This document shows, one piece after another, positions 19,454 through 28,971 of a DNA stretch of 64,000 nucleotides. Position 1 is the first letter of the stretch; each line of letters starts with the position of its first letter. The notes under the pieces are model-generated. The model did no database searches. It saw nothing but the letters and a program-made list of their open reading frames with translations, and had not been told where the DNA came from. Location: assembly GCA_024413595.1 (NCBI GenBank), contig JAKSUC010000004.1:10555-74554 (forward strand), given 5' to 3'. Origin of the DNA: Bacteroidales bacterium (GTDB lineage: Bacteria; Bacteroidota; Bacteroidia; Bacteroidales; UBA3824). A program made the translations under genes and the position numbers.

Positions 19454-20749
19454 ATGAATTTAACATATAAAGAAGCTGAACAATTTTTATTTGAACAGTT
19501 GCCTGTTTTTTCATCTATTGGGGCTCCTGCTTATAAAAATAATTTAGATACAACACGCCAATTAGATAATTATTTTCATAATCCACATAAAAATTATAAA
19601 ACAATTCATATAGCAGGAACAAATGGTAAAGGCTCTGTTTCAAATTTTATAGCTTCAGTATTACAAGAAGCTGGTTATAAAACAGGTCTTTATACATCTC
19701 CGCATATACTTGATTTTAAGGAACGTATACGAATTAATGGTCAAAAAATTACTGAACAATTTGTAAAAGATTTTGTAAATAAATATTCAGAAATATTTCA
19801 ACCAATGCATCCATCATTTTTTGAATTAACTTCAGCAATGTGTTTTGAATATTTTAGTCAAGAAAAAGTTGATGTTGGAGTTATTGAAGTAGGAATGGGA
19901 GGTAGATTAGATAGTACAAATATCATAACGCCAATATTGTCAGTTATAACAAATATAGCTTTAGATCATACACAATTTTTAGGAACCACATTAAAAGAGA
20001 TTGCTGGTGAAAAGGCTGGTATAATTAAAAAAGGTGTTCCTGTTGTAATTGGTGAAAGTGATATTAAAACAAATTCTGTATTTTTGGCAAAAGCAGATGA
20101 ATTAGAAGCTCCTATAATATTAGCGTCAAATCAAATGTCTGCAACATCAGGGCAAATATCAGAAGATGGAACTCAAGTTTTTAATGTTTTTAGATGTGGA
20201 GAACCTGTTTATCATGGATTAAAATGCAGTCAACTTGGCGTTTATCAACAAAAAAATATTGTAACAGCTTTGTCTGCTTTAGAACAATTACAACGTTTAG
20301 GTTTAAATATTTCTGAGCAAAATATTTATGATGGTTTTAAAAATGTTAATAAAAATACTGGTTTTTATGGTCGTTGGCAAATTGTTTCTCAAAATCCATT
20401 AACAGTTTGTGATACAGGACATAATTATGCTGGTTTTCAGTATAATGTTAATCAAATAAATTCTCAAAAATGTAATCAATTAAGAATTGTAATTGGATTT
20501 GTTAAAGATAAAGATATTGCTTCTATTTTGAGAATTCTTCCTAAAAATGCGATTTATTATTTTGTAAATGCAAATATTAAACGTGCTTTGTTAGCAGAAG
20601 AATTAAAACGACAAGCAGAATATTTTGGTTTAGTAGGAAAAGCTTATAGTTCTGTAAAAGAAGGTTTTGATGCAGCTAAAAATGATGCTTCTGAAGATGA
20701 TTTTATTTTTGTAGGAGGTAGTAATTTTGTTGTTTCAGAGGCTTTTTAA
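19454..20749 (+). CDS. folC: Bifunctional folylpolyglutamate synthase / dihydrofolate synthase
   Basis: HIAGTNGKGS P-loop, Mur-ligase-type middle and C-terminal domains, 431 aa. Confidence 0.9.
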   Translation: MNLTYKEAEQFLFEQLPVFSSIGAPAYKNNLDTTRQLDNYFHNPHKNYKTIHIAGTNGKGSVSNFIASVLQEAGYKTGLYTSPHILDFKERIRINGQKITEQFVKDFVNKYSEIFQPMHPSFFELTSAMCFEYFSQEKVDVGVIEVGMGGRLDSTNIITPILSVITNIALDHTQFLGTTLKEIAGEKAGIIKKGVPVVIGESDIKTNSVFLAKADELEAPIILASNQMSATSGQISEDGTQVFNVFRCGEPVYHGLKCSQLGVYQQKNIVTALSALEQLQRLGLNISEQNIYDGFKNVNKNTGFYGRWQIVSQNPLTVCDTGHNYAGFQYNVNQINSQKCNQLRIVIGFVKDKDIASILRILPKNAIYYFVNANIKRALLAEELKRQAEYFGLVGKAYSSVKEGFDAAKNDASEDDFIFVGGSNFVVSEAF

Positions 20750-21357
20750 GATGAATATTCAGTTCTACTTTCAATAGAACGAGCAAGAGTAAGTTCATCG
20801 GTGTATTCTAAATCACCGCCAAAGGCTACGCCTCGTGCTATTTGACTTATTTTTATATTTTTGTCTTTTAATAATCTTGATAAGTAAAAACATGTTGTAT
20901 CGCCTTCCATGTTGGTACTTAATGCAAAAATAATCTCGTTAATATTTTGACTATTAACTCTTTCTATAAGTGTTTGAATGTTTAATTCCGATGGTCCAAC
21001 GCCATCAATTGGGGAAATTAGTCCTCCTAAAACGTGATAACTACCTTTGTATGTTGAAGTTTGTTCTATTGCAATAATATCTCTTATATTTTCTACAATA
21101 CAAATAGTAGATTGATCTCTTTTATTATCAGAACATATAGAACAAATTTTATCATCAGATAGATTTCCACAGATTTGACAAGTACAAATATTCTTTTTTA
21201 ATTCAATAATAGAATTTGCAAAAGCATTTACCGTGTTTTCGTCTCGTTTTAATAAGTCAAGGACAAGACGTAAAGCAGTTTTACGTCCAACTCCTGGAAG
21301 TTTTGCAAATTGATCAACTGCGTTTGATAATAATTTTGAAGGTAAAAATTGTTCCAC
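20746..21357 (-). CDS. recR: Recombination protein RecR
   Basis: HhH LPGVGRKTALRL, C4 zinc finger CQICGNLSDDKICSICSD, Toprim domain, 203 aa. Confidence 0.95.
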   Translation of the reverse strand: MEQFLPSKLLSNAVDQFAKLPGVGRKTALRLVLDLLKRDENTVNAFANSIIELKKNICTCQICGNLSDDKICSICSDNKRDQSTICIVENIRDIIAIEQTSTYKGSYHVLGGLISPIDGVGPSELNIQTLIERVNSQNINEIIFALSTNMEGDTTCFYLSRLLKDKNIKISQIARGVAFGGDLEYTDELTLARSIESRTEYSS

Positions 21358-21363
21358 TTTTTT

Positions 21364-22128
21364 TTAAGCCAATTCTAATTTTTGATTTTCTGTATCAGAT
21401 TCGTATTCTTTTATCCAATATAAACCTGCTATATAAAACGAAATCATAGCGCAACTAATAAAAACATGGCTAATATCATTATAGTTAAACCATTGATTTA
21501 TACATAATTTGGGTATCATTATTCCTGGTACAAATGTAGTGATTAATGTTGCAAGTAAAATAAATTTAGCATCAGGTTTTTGATATTTTTTCCAAATTTT
21601 GATTTGAAATGGCGCTGAAAAAATTAATAAACTAATACCTATATGAATTTCAGCAAATAAAAATGTGAATTTATATAATGTTAATGATATTATAATTATT
21701 GTTTCAATTGCTGTTAACAAGTAAATTAACTTTTTGTTTTTAATGTTTAAAATTTCATCGGCTCTACTAATTGAAGCGTAAGCAAAAAAAGTTACTGATG
21801 AAATATTAAAAATCCAATTAGGTAGTTTATATAAATTCATTTTTAATTGTTCTGTCCATGGAAGAATTGAAAAGTCATTAATATTGGCATATTCACTAGG
21901 TAAAAAATAATATCCAAAAGCGTGAGTCATTAATGCACCAAATAGAGTGCACATTCCCATACAAAAGAAAAAATGTAGATATAACTTTTCGTGTTTTTTA
22001 TCTCTGTTTAAACCTTTATATAATTTTGTAAATGCAAATAAGCAAATTGTAGCAACAATTAAATCTGTAATCATTGTTGCAGGTTCTTCTATTGTTAAAT
22101 TTCCAATAAGTATTTGTGTTTTATTCAT
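21364..22128 (-). CDS. Hypothetical polytopic membrane protein
   Basis: 254 aa with ~7 hydrophobic segments. No motif recognised. Confidence 0.5.
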   Translation of the reverse strand: MNKTQILIGNLTIEEPATMITDLIVATICLFAFTKLYKGLNRDKKHEKLYLHFFFCMGMCTLFGALMTHAFGYYFLPSEYANINDFSILPWTEQLKMNLYKLPNWIFNISSVTFFAYASISRADEILNIKNKKLIYLLTAIETIIIISLTLYKFTFLFAEIHIGISLLIFSAPFQIKIWKKYQKPDAKFILLATLITTFVPGIMIPKLCINQWFNYNDISHVFISCAMISFYIAGLYWIKEYESDTENQKLELA

Positions 22129-22209
22129 TTATAAGGCTAATAAAATATTTTTGCAAATATAAAAAATAAGTTTGTGTTCTACTAATTTTTCTTAAAAAAA
22201 TGTTAAAAT

Positions 22210-25200
22210 TTAAAGTTTAATTCCTATAATATGTACGTCATCAACTTGGTCGTTTTCTCCTTTCCACTCATAAAAGCGTTTTGTTATTTTTTCTTTTTGT
22301 TGATTGATGTCTAAATTTTGAATATTTAAAAGCATTTTTTCAAAATTAGCACTGTAAAATTTTTTGTTTTTTTCGCCTCCAAATTGATCAATATAACCAT
22401 CTGAAGTCATATATAAAATATCGCCTTTATTTACTTTTAATTCTATATCATGAAAAGGTGTATTTTCTTTACAATGTATACCAATTGGCATTCTGTCTGG
22501 TTTTAATGTAAATAAATAAGAGTCAATAGTATCAGATGTTATGATTTTGCTATCTGTTTTTTTTGCTATATTTATAGTATCGTTGTCTGGTTTACCTTTT
22601 CTAGCAATATATGTAAAAGAAAAAGCGCCTGAGAAATGTAATGTCTTTTTCTTTTCGTTATAAATACATAGGCTAATGTCCATTCCATCTTGTGCTTCGC
22701 CAAATTTACCTCTTTGATGTAGAAGTTTTATAATTTTTTCTCTTAATTGATTTAAAACAGAAGAAGCACTCATATCAGTTAAGCTAGAAATAATATTTGA
22801 CAAAGTAACAGTACCTAACATACTCATAAAAGCACCTGGAATTCCGTGACCTGTACAATCTGCTAATGCTATTATAGTATTTCCATTTTTATAGTCAATC
22901 CAATGAAAATCACCACTAACAATATTTTTAGGAATATTTATTATGAAATATTCGTCAAGTACTGTATTCATATAAATTGGCATTGGTTGAAGTGCATCTT
23001 GAATTTTTCTAGCATATTCAAGACTTTCGGTTATCTCTTTGTTTTGTTCGTCAATTTTTTCTTTTGCTTGTTTTAGTTTTGTTATATCTGACATAACAGC
23101 AATTAATTGAGCAACATTGTTGTTTTCGTCCAAAACAGGAGATAAATCTGTTTGTAAAATTGTTATTTTACCTTTTATATTAATTAATGTACTTATATAG
23201 TTGATTGCTTTTTTGGTTTGTTTAACAATTTCAACTGCATCAATATTATTATTTGTATTTTCATTATTTTCAGAATTGTTGATTATAAAAGGATTATAAT
23301 CGTATTTTGAAATGTATTCTTCAATATTAAAGCCAGTTAAACGAACAAATGCTTGATTTCCCCAAGTTATTTTCCCATTAGAATCTGCAATAAATATTGT
23401 ATTGTCGGTTTTTTTAGCAACTAATGATAATTTTTCAAGTTCTTGATTTGTTTTTTCTAATTCTTCAGCTTGAATCATTAGCTCTTCTCTTTTTTGTTTT
23501 AGTTCTTCGTTTTGTTCTGAAATTGCTGTTTTTTGTGCGTTTAATTCTGAATTTATTATTGACATTAAATTTGTTTGCATTTCAAGTTCGCGCTTATTTT
23601 TTTCAATTTCTTCTTCTGCATATTTTTGTTGCGAAATATCTGTAATAATGGCAATAATTTTTTTATTTCCAATTTTGCTTTTAAATGGAGTTAAAGTTGT
23701 TTGAAACCATTTGTTTTGTGGCCATTTTAGTTCAAAACTAACACTTTCTTTTATGCTAAAGCATTTTTCAAGATTTAAAATAACATCGTCAGAAAATAAT
23801 TGTTTAATAGGTTTATGTATAAATTTATCTGCTTTTTCAAGATATTCAGGCCACAATAGTTTTAAAATACCTTTGTTAAGCCATTCAATAACAAACATGC
23901 TATTTATGATAATAATACCATTGTCTGTTTGATCGGCTACAAATGATATTCTTTCTAATTCTATGTTTTTGGTTTGTAGTTCTAATGATTTTTTTTGAAT
24001 AATAGATTTTTGTTCTTCTAGTTTTTTATTTTTTTGAGATTTTAGTATATTAGAAAACGAAATTATAAAAATTGCAATTAGAGCCACTACTCCAATAATT
24101 GATAAATATAATATTAAATTGTTTTGTGTTTTAATTGTTTCATTTGATTTTTTTTCATCTTGTTTTTTAGTTTGGTCTATGATTTCATTTTTATGTTCAT
24201 ATATAGCTTTTATTTGTTCAATATTTTCAGTTGAGTTTATTATTAATTTGTTATTGTTTGAAATTTGACTATATTTATATGCTTGTTTATAGTTATTAAT
24301 AAGTTCGTATGCAAAAGATAAGTCTTGTGCAACTCTTATAATATATTGTTTTTCATTGTTTTCTACAGCAATATCATAAGATTGTTTTAAAAATAATATA
24401 GCGGAGTCTATATTTCCATTTGTGTTTATTAAAAATTCGCCATAGGAGATTAATGATTCTGCAATTTCTTTTTTGTCCCCAATTTTTTTTCTGATGTTTA
24501 AGCTTTCAATCAAATTAATTTTGGCTAGTTCATTGTCTTTCCTTTTTTCGTATAAATATCCAAGACTATTGTATGCTCTAGCTGTCCAATTTTTATTTTT
24601 ATATGGTTTTAATAATTCTATTGCATTCATAAAATTGCTGATAGCATTGGTTTCGCGATGTTGCGCAAGGTCAACGTATCCTTTAATAATTAATGATTTT
24701 CCTAAATTTTCAAAATCATCGTATTTATAGTATATATCTTCTGAAACTGTAATATAAGCTAGTGCTGTTTGATAATCTTTACTTTTTATAAAGAACATTG
24801 ATGCATCAAAATATATATCAGCAATTATTTTTAGTTTTCGGGATTCTTCTGCGTATTGTATTGATTTTAAAATATTTATAGTGCTAAGATATGTGTTTTT
24901 TATTTCTCCTTGATATTCACTTATAATATTATATATTCTGGCAAGAGCAATTTTATTATTGTCTTCTTTTGCTATATTTATTGCTTTTTCTAGTATTGAG
25001 TTTGCTGTTTTATAGTCTTTTTGATTTCTATTATATAATGATTTTAAGATTAAGATTTGAATATCAATGTTTTTATCAGGATGTTCAATTTTATAATTAT
25101 TAATTTTTTTTAATATTCTGTTTTGGGATATTGTATCATTTATTTTTAGATATATTTCATATATTCTACTTAAAGAACCAACTGCTTTTTGATAATTGGG

Positions 25201-25410
25201 TTCTGATTCAATTATTTGTTCTATTGAATTCATTTTAAAAGTTTTGGCTTCTTTAAATGAAAGTGTATCTTGTAGTAATTCTATTGTAAGATTTTTTTCT
25301 TCATTGTTTCTTAATTCACCAAATATATAGTAATGCTGTGCCGATATTTTGTCGGTGTTTATTAGAGTTAATATAATTAATATTTTTAGTATTAAATCTA
25401 TTTTGCGCAT
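22210..25410 (-). CDS. Sensor protein: signal peptide, TPR array, TM, PAS domains, coiled coil, PP2C/SpoIIE phosphatase
   Basis: 1066 aa. The N-terminal ~400 aa has TPR-like repeats. TM is LILYLSIIGVVALIAIFIISF. Two PAS-like blocks. C-terminal SGDFHW...ADCTGHGIPGAFMSM...TSDGYIDQ...DDVHIIG is a SpoIIE-type PP2C. Confidence 0.8.
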   Translation of the reverse strand: MRKIDLILKILIILTLINTDKISAQHYYIFGELRNNEEKNLTIELLQDTLSFKEAKTFKMNSIEQIIESEPNYQKAVGSLSRIYEIYLKINDTISQNRILKKINNYKIEHPDKNIDIQILILKSLYNRNQKDYKTANSILEKAINIAKEDNNKIALARIYNIISEYQGEIKNTYLSTINILKSIQYAEESRKLKIIADIYFDASMFFIKSKDYQTALAYITVSEDIYYKYDDFENLGKSLIIKGYVDLAQHRETNAISNFMNAIELLKPYKNKNWTARAYNSLGYLYEKRKDNELAKINLIESLNIRKKIGDKKEIAESLISYGEFLINTNGNIDSAILFLKQSYDIAVENNEKQYIIRVAQDLSFAYELINNYKQAYKYSQISNNNKLIINSTENIEQIKAIYEHKNEIIDQTKKQDEKKSNETIKTQNNLILYLSIIGVVALIAIFIISFSNILKSQKNKKLEEQKSIIQKKSLELQTKNIELERISFVADQTDNGIIIINSMFVIEWLNKGILKLLWPEYLEKADKFIHKPIKQLFSDDVILNLEKCFSIKESVSFELKWPQNKWFQTTLTPFKSKIGNKKIIAIITDISQQKYAEEEIEKNKRELEMQTNLMSIINSELNAQKTAISEQNEELKQKREELMIQAEELEKTNQELEKLSLVAKKTDNTIFIADSNGKITWGNQAFVRLTGFNIEEYISKYDYNPFIINNSENNENTNNNIDAVEIVKQTKKAINYISTLINIKGKITILQTDLSPVLDENNNVAQLIAVMSDITKLKQAKEKIDEQNKEITESLEYARKIQDALQPMPIYMNTVLDEYFIINIPKNIVSGDFHWIDYKNGNTIIALADCTGHGIPGAFMSMLGTVTLSNIISSLTDMSASSVLNQLREKIIKLLHQRGKFGEAQDGMDISLCIYNEKKKTLHFSGAFSFTYIARKGKPDNDTINIAKKTDSKIITSDTIDSYLFTLKPDRMPIGIHCKENTPFHDIELKVNKGDILYMTSDGYIDQFGGEKNKKFYSANFEKMLLNIQNLDINQQKEKITKRFYEWKGENDQVDDVHIIGIKL

Positions 25411-25504
25411 TGAATTATTATTGAAAAATATTTTTTATATACATTCTCAATTTTGTAAAAGTACGAAAATATTATATATGTGTGAACATTTTTTTTGATT
25501 TTTT

Positions 25505-25540
25505 TATAAAAAAAGCCCATAACAATTATTGTTATGGGCT
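25505..25540 (-). terminator. Rho-independent terminator of the symporter gene
   Basis: AGCCCATAACAA/TTGTTATGGGCT 12-bp stem. The A-run on the plus strand is a T-run on the minus strand. Confidence 0.75.
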
Positions 25541-25560
25541 AATATATTGTTAAAATTTTA

Positions 25561-27159
25561 TTATGCGTGTGGGTAAACGTTTTCTATTTTGTTTTTGGGT
25601 TGTGTTAATAAACTAACAACAACTATTGTAATACTTGATAATGGAAATGCAAACATAATTGGATCTATAAATTTCATTAATCCATCAGTTATTAGTACAT
25701 CGGTACCAAATAATGTATTACAAATTCCAAGTGCAGTTGCTTCTTTTGCATGAATAAATATTAAAAGAAGAATTGTTGAAATTACTCCAACCCACATACT
25801 TGCGTATGCTCCTCGTTTTGTAACTTTTTTCCAATATAATGCGCAGAAATATGATGGTAAAAATGCTGATGCACATATTCCCATAAATAATGATGTTGAT
25901 ATTGCTATAATAGGAGAGTCGTTGCTTTCTCCTAATACAAAACAGATTACAAAACTTATTAATATTGAGATTAATACTGCTAATCTAATAACAGTTGTCA
26001 TTTTATTGCTATTGTTTCTGTCTTTACGATTTAATGTTCCATAAATGTCGTTTCCTGCAGCAGCTGCCATTGTATGAAATTGTGCACTTAATGTTGACAT
26101 ACTTGCTGATAATATACACAGCATAAATATTGTTACAAACCATGTAGGCATTATCTTTCCTATAAAAAATGGAATTATTTTATCGCTTGCATCTACCATT
26201 TCTCCCGCAATTTTTCCTTCTGTATTATAAAAGAATAAATTACTTATTGCTCCTACGTGATATATAATACCAACTGTTATTATTAAAAATATACAACCTA
26301 TTGCAACACCGCGATTTAGTTTTTGTGTGCTGTCAACAGTCATAAATCTTACAACTAATTGAGGTTGTGCTAAACAGCCAATTCCAACTCCCATTATCAT
26401 GGATGTTATTAATGTACACCATTGTTGAGAACCAAATACTGGCATTGATGTCCATCCTTGATGTCCTATTTTGGCAAGTTTTTCGGGTACTTTGTCTGCT
26501 ATTGAGCCTAATGCTTCGTTTGCTTCTGAAAATCCCATTCCTAATTTTTTGTAAACTCCAAATACTAGAATTCCCATACAAATAAACATTATAACTGCTT
26601 GTAATGCATCTGTATACATTACACCTTTCATACCTCCTGCCATAACGTATGAGGCTACTATTATTGTAAATATTAATAAAGATAAATTGAAATTAATTCC
26701 AAATACTTCTTGCATACAAAATACGCCTCCTCTTAATACGGCTGCTGCATACATTGGCATACATATAAATATTATTGCTGCTGAAAATATTCTTATGCGA
26801 CGTGATCTATAATATGAACCTAAAAATTGTGCGAATGAATTTGATTTTAGTTTCGCTCCAATTTTACGTGTTGGGCGTCCAAATATTATAAATGCTATAA
26901 CTACGCCTACAAACATGTTTAAAAACATTAACCATTGTATACCAAGTCCAAATGTTGCTGCAACTCCTCCAAAGCCTACAATTGCTGAAGCTGATATAAA
27001 AGTGGCTCCGTATGATAATGACATTATAATAGGATTCATTTGTCCGCCTCCTATTAAATAATCTTTGGTTCCGTTGGTTTTTCTATAGCCTAAATAGCCT
27101 AAAAATGCTATTGATAAGAAATAGATTACTACGATGAGGTACATCCAAAAATTTTCCAT
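25561..27159 (-). CDS. Sodium:solute symporter (SSF family)
   Basis: 532 aa, ~13 TM, typical SSF N-terminal region (YLIGGGQMNP...). Substrate not assignable. Confidence 0.85.
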   Translation of the reverse strand: MENFWMYLIVVIYFLSIAFLGYLGYRKTNGTKDYLIGGGQMNPIIMSLSYGATFISASAIVGFGGVAATFGLGIQWLMFLNMFVGVVIAFIIFGRPTRKIGAKLKSNSFAQFLGSYYRSRRIRIFSAAIIFICMPMYAAAVLRGGVFCMQEVFGINFNLSLLIFTIIVASYVMAGGMKGVMYTDALQAVIMFICMGILVFGVYKKLGMGFSEANEALGSIADKVPEKLAKIGHQGWTSMPVFGSQQWCTLITSMIMGVGIGCLAQPQLVVRFMTVDSTQKLNRGVAIGCIFLIITVGIIYHVGAISNLFFYNTEGKIAGEMVDASDKIIPFFIGKIMPTWFVTIFMLCILSASMSTLSAQFHTMAAAAGNDIYGTLNRKDRNNSNKMTTVIRLAVLISILISFVICFVLGESNDSPIIAISTSLFMGICASAFLPSYFCALYWKKVTKRGAYASMWVGVISTILLLIFIHAKEATALGICNTLFGTDVLITDGLMKFIDPIMFAFPLSSITIVVVSLLTQPKNKIENVYPHA

Positions 27160-27162
27160 GAT

Positions 27163-27324
27163 TTATTCTTTTATTTTTTTATTTGGGTCTTCTTGTTTGT
27201 TTGTGTTGTTTTCATCTTCATCTGTTTTGTTCCATGTAATAATTCCAAATATTACGGAGCCTATTACACATAATATTGATAGTAAATATACTATCCATAT
27301 TGATGGGTCTGATATTCCAAACAT
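27163..27324 (-). CDS. Small single-TM protein (53 aa) upstream of the symporter; symporter small accessory protein-like
   Basis: Not in the ORF track (<60 aa). Hand translation of the minus strand gives MFGISDPSIWIVYLLSILCVIGSVIFGIITWNKTDEDENNTNKQEDPNKKIKE*. Its stop lies 3 nt before the symporter ATG. Confidence 0.6.
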   Translation of the reverse strand: MFGISDPSIWIVYLLSILCVIGSVIFGIITWNKTDEDENNTNKQEDPNKKIKE

Positions 27325-27540
27325 TTTTATAAGTTTTTAATTATTTTTTGTGTTGTTTTATTTTTATAATTTTTGTAAATAGAAATCATGCAAATATATT
27401 TTAAATTATTGGTGTTAAAAAATATATTTTTCTGATTTTTGTAATTTATTTATTGCTATTTTAAGTTGTTGTTATTAAGTTAGTTATGTAATTTTACATT
27501 TATTTATCATATTTTTTTTATTTTTTATTAGGGGAAATAT

Positions 27541-27548
27541 TACTTTTG
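27541..27548 (+). promoter_or_regulatory. Candidate -7 promoter box TACTTTTG (TAnnTTTG)
   Basis: Exact consensus match ~100 nt upstream of ATG 27649. Confidence 0.3.
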
Positions 27549-27648
27549 AATGTCAAAATATAAAAGAAATTAATTAACAAGATATTTTTCAATATTTGTT
27601 AATTATTCAACTTAAATTAGATTAATAATTAAAGTGGAGGACCATAAA

Positions 27649-28878
27649 ATGAAACGTTTTGAAACAAGATTATTTGGTGTAGCAGTTTTTGCACAAGTAA
27701 TTATATTCAGTTCATGTTCCGTTTTAAACGGTACAAGCAATTCAAATACATATTCTGATGATGTATATGGAATTTCATCAACTAAACAAGTTGTTACAGA
27801 AAAAAACGAAGTTGTTTCTCAAGTTAATAAAGAAGAAAATGTTTACGGAAATATAACTGACGAAGACAACGTTTATGTTTATGAAGACAATGATATTGAT
27901 AGTTATTACGACAATTCTGATGTAGTTGTAATTGATGAAACTTACGCAGGTCGTATTTATCGTTTTCATCGTCCGTATAATGGTGGTGGATATTATGACG
28001 TAGCTGTAATTGATCCTTGGTATCATGATTGGTACTGGAGTTTTGGTTATTCTTATCATAGTCCATATTGGAGTTTAAGTTGGGGTTATCCTTCATATTA
28101 CTCTTGGTATGGAGAACCTTATTATGGATATTCTTGGTGGGGTTATCATCATCATTATTATTCACCTTATTATTATGATTCTTATTATGGAAGTTATTAT
28201 AACCATTATCATGGAATAGACCATAAATATGCAATGGATTATAATAAAATAACTGGAAAAACTGATTATTATGCACAACGTTCTTACGGTCACCATTCAT
28301 CAGCTACTTCTGGTGCTTCAACAAATAGACATTATTCTAGTCATTCAAATTCTAATTCAAATAATAATACACAAGCAAGAGTAAATAATGGCAATAATGT
28401 AAATCGCAGTTCTAGTTATTATTCAAGTTCTAATAATAGAAATGGCGGTGTAAGTCATTCTGGTAGTTCTCACTCAAGTAGTTCTCATAGTAGTTCTTCT
28501 TATAGTGGAACAACAAATGGCTCTTCTCATAGTAGTTCTTCTCATAGTTATTCAGGAACAAGTGGTTCTTCTCATAGTGGATCTTCACATAGTAGCTCTG
28601 GTACTACAACACAAAGAAGCGGTAGCACTTCTGGAAGTAGCCATTCAAGCTATTCTTCTAGTTCAAGAAATTCAGGAAGCAGTTACTCAGGAAGTAGTCA
28701 CTCAGGAAGCAGTCACTCAAGTAGTGGTTATTCAGGAAGCAGTCACTCAAGTAGTGGTTATTCTGGAAGTAGTCACTCAAGTGGTAGTTCTTCTTCTAGC
28801 AGTCATTCTAGCAGTAGCCATTCTTCTTCTTCATCTTCATCAAGTCATTCAGGAGGAAGTAGCCACTCTCACAGATAG
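27649..28878 (+). CDS. Low-complexity lipoprotein: acidic N-terminal part, Tyr/Trp/His-rich core, Ser/His/Gly repeat tail
   Basis: Start trimmed to ATG 27649 (MKRFETRLFGVAVFAQVIIFSSCS lipobox). GGAGG lies 9 nt upstream. Core is DPWYHDWYWSFGYSYHSPYWSLSWGYPSYYSWYGEPYYGYSWWGYHHHYY. The tail consists of (G/S)SSHSSS units. Confidence 0.7.
   Translation: MKRFETRLFGVAVFAQVIIFSSCSVLNGTSNSNTYSDDVYGISSTKQVVTEKNEVVSQVNKEENVYGNITDEDNVYVYEDNDIDSYYDNSDVVVIDETYAGRIYRFHRPYNGGGYYDVAVIDPWYHDWYWSFGYSYHSPYWSLSWGYPSYYSWYGEPYYGYSWWGYHHHYYSPYYYDSYYGSYYNHYHGIDHKYAMDYNKITGKTDYYAQRSYGHHSSATSGASTNRHYSSHSNSNSNNNTQARVNNGNNVNRSSSYYSSSNNRNGGVSHSGSSHSSSSHSSSSYSGTTNGSSHSSSSHSYSGTSGSSHSGSSHSSSGTTTQRSGSTSGSSHSSYSSSSRNSGSSYSGSSHSGSSHSSSGYSGSSHSSSGYSGSSHSSGSSSSSSHSSSSHSSSSSSSSHSGGSSHSHR
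28705..28790 (+). repeat. In-frame 30-nt tandem repeat (~2.8 copies) encoding GSSHSSSGYS
   Basis: GGAAGCAGTCACTCAAGTAGTGGTTATTC(A/T) at 28705-28734 and 28735-28764, then a partial third copy. Shorter GSSHS-type units lie on either side. Confidence 0.85.
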
Positions 28879-28971
28879 AAATTCTAATATTGGCAGAATA
28901 GTTTATATTCTTTATATATTTATTCTGCCTTTATTGTATATAAATTATAATTTTTTAATAACCTTATTAAA

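Noticed and set aside
27134-27340. Plus-strand 68-aa ORF upstream of the symporter
   Set aside because: It is antisense to a better-supported 53-aa single-TM ORF that is translationally linked to the symporter, and it overlaps the symporter start.
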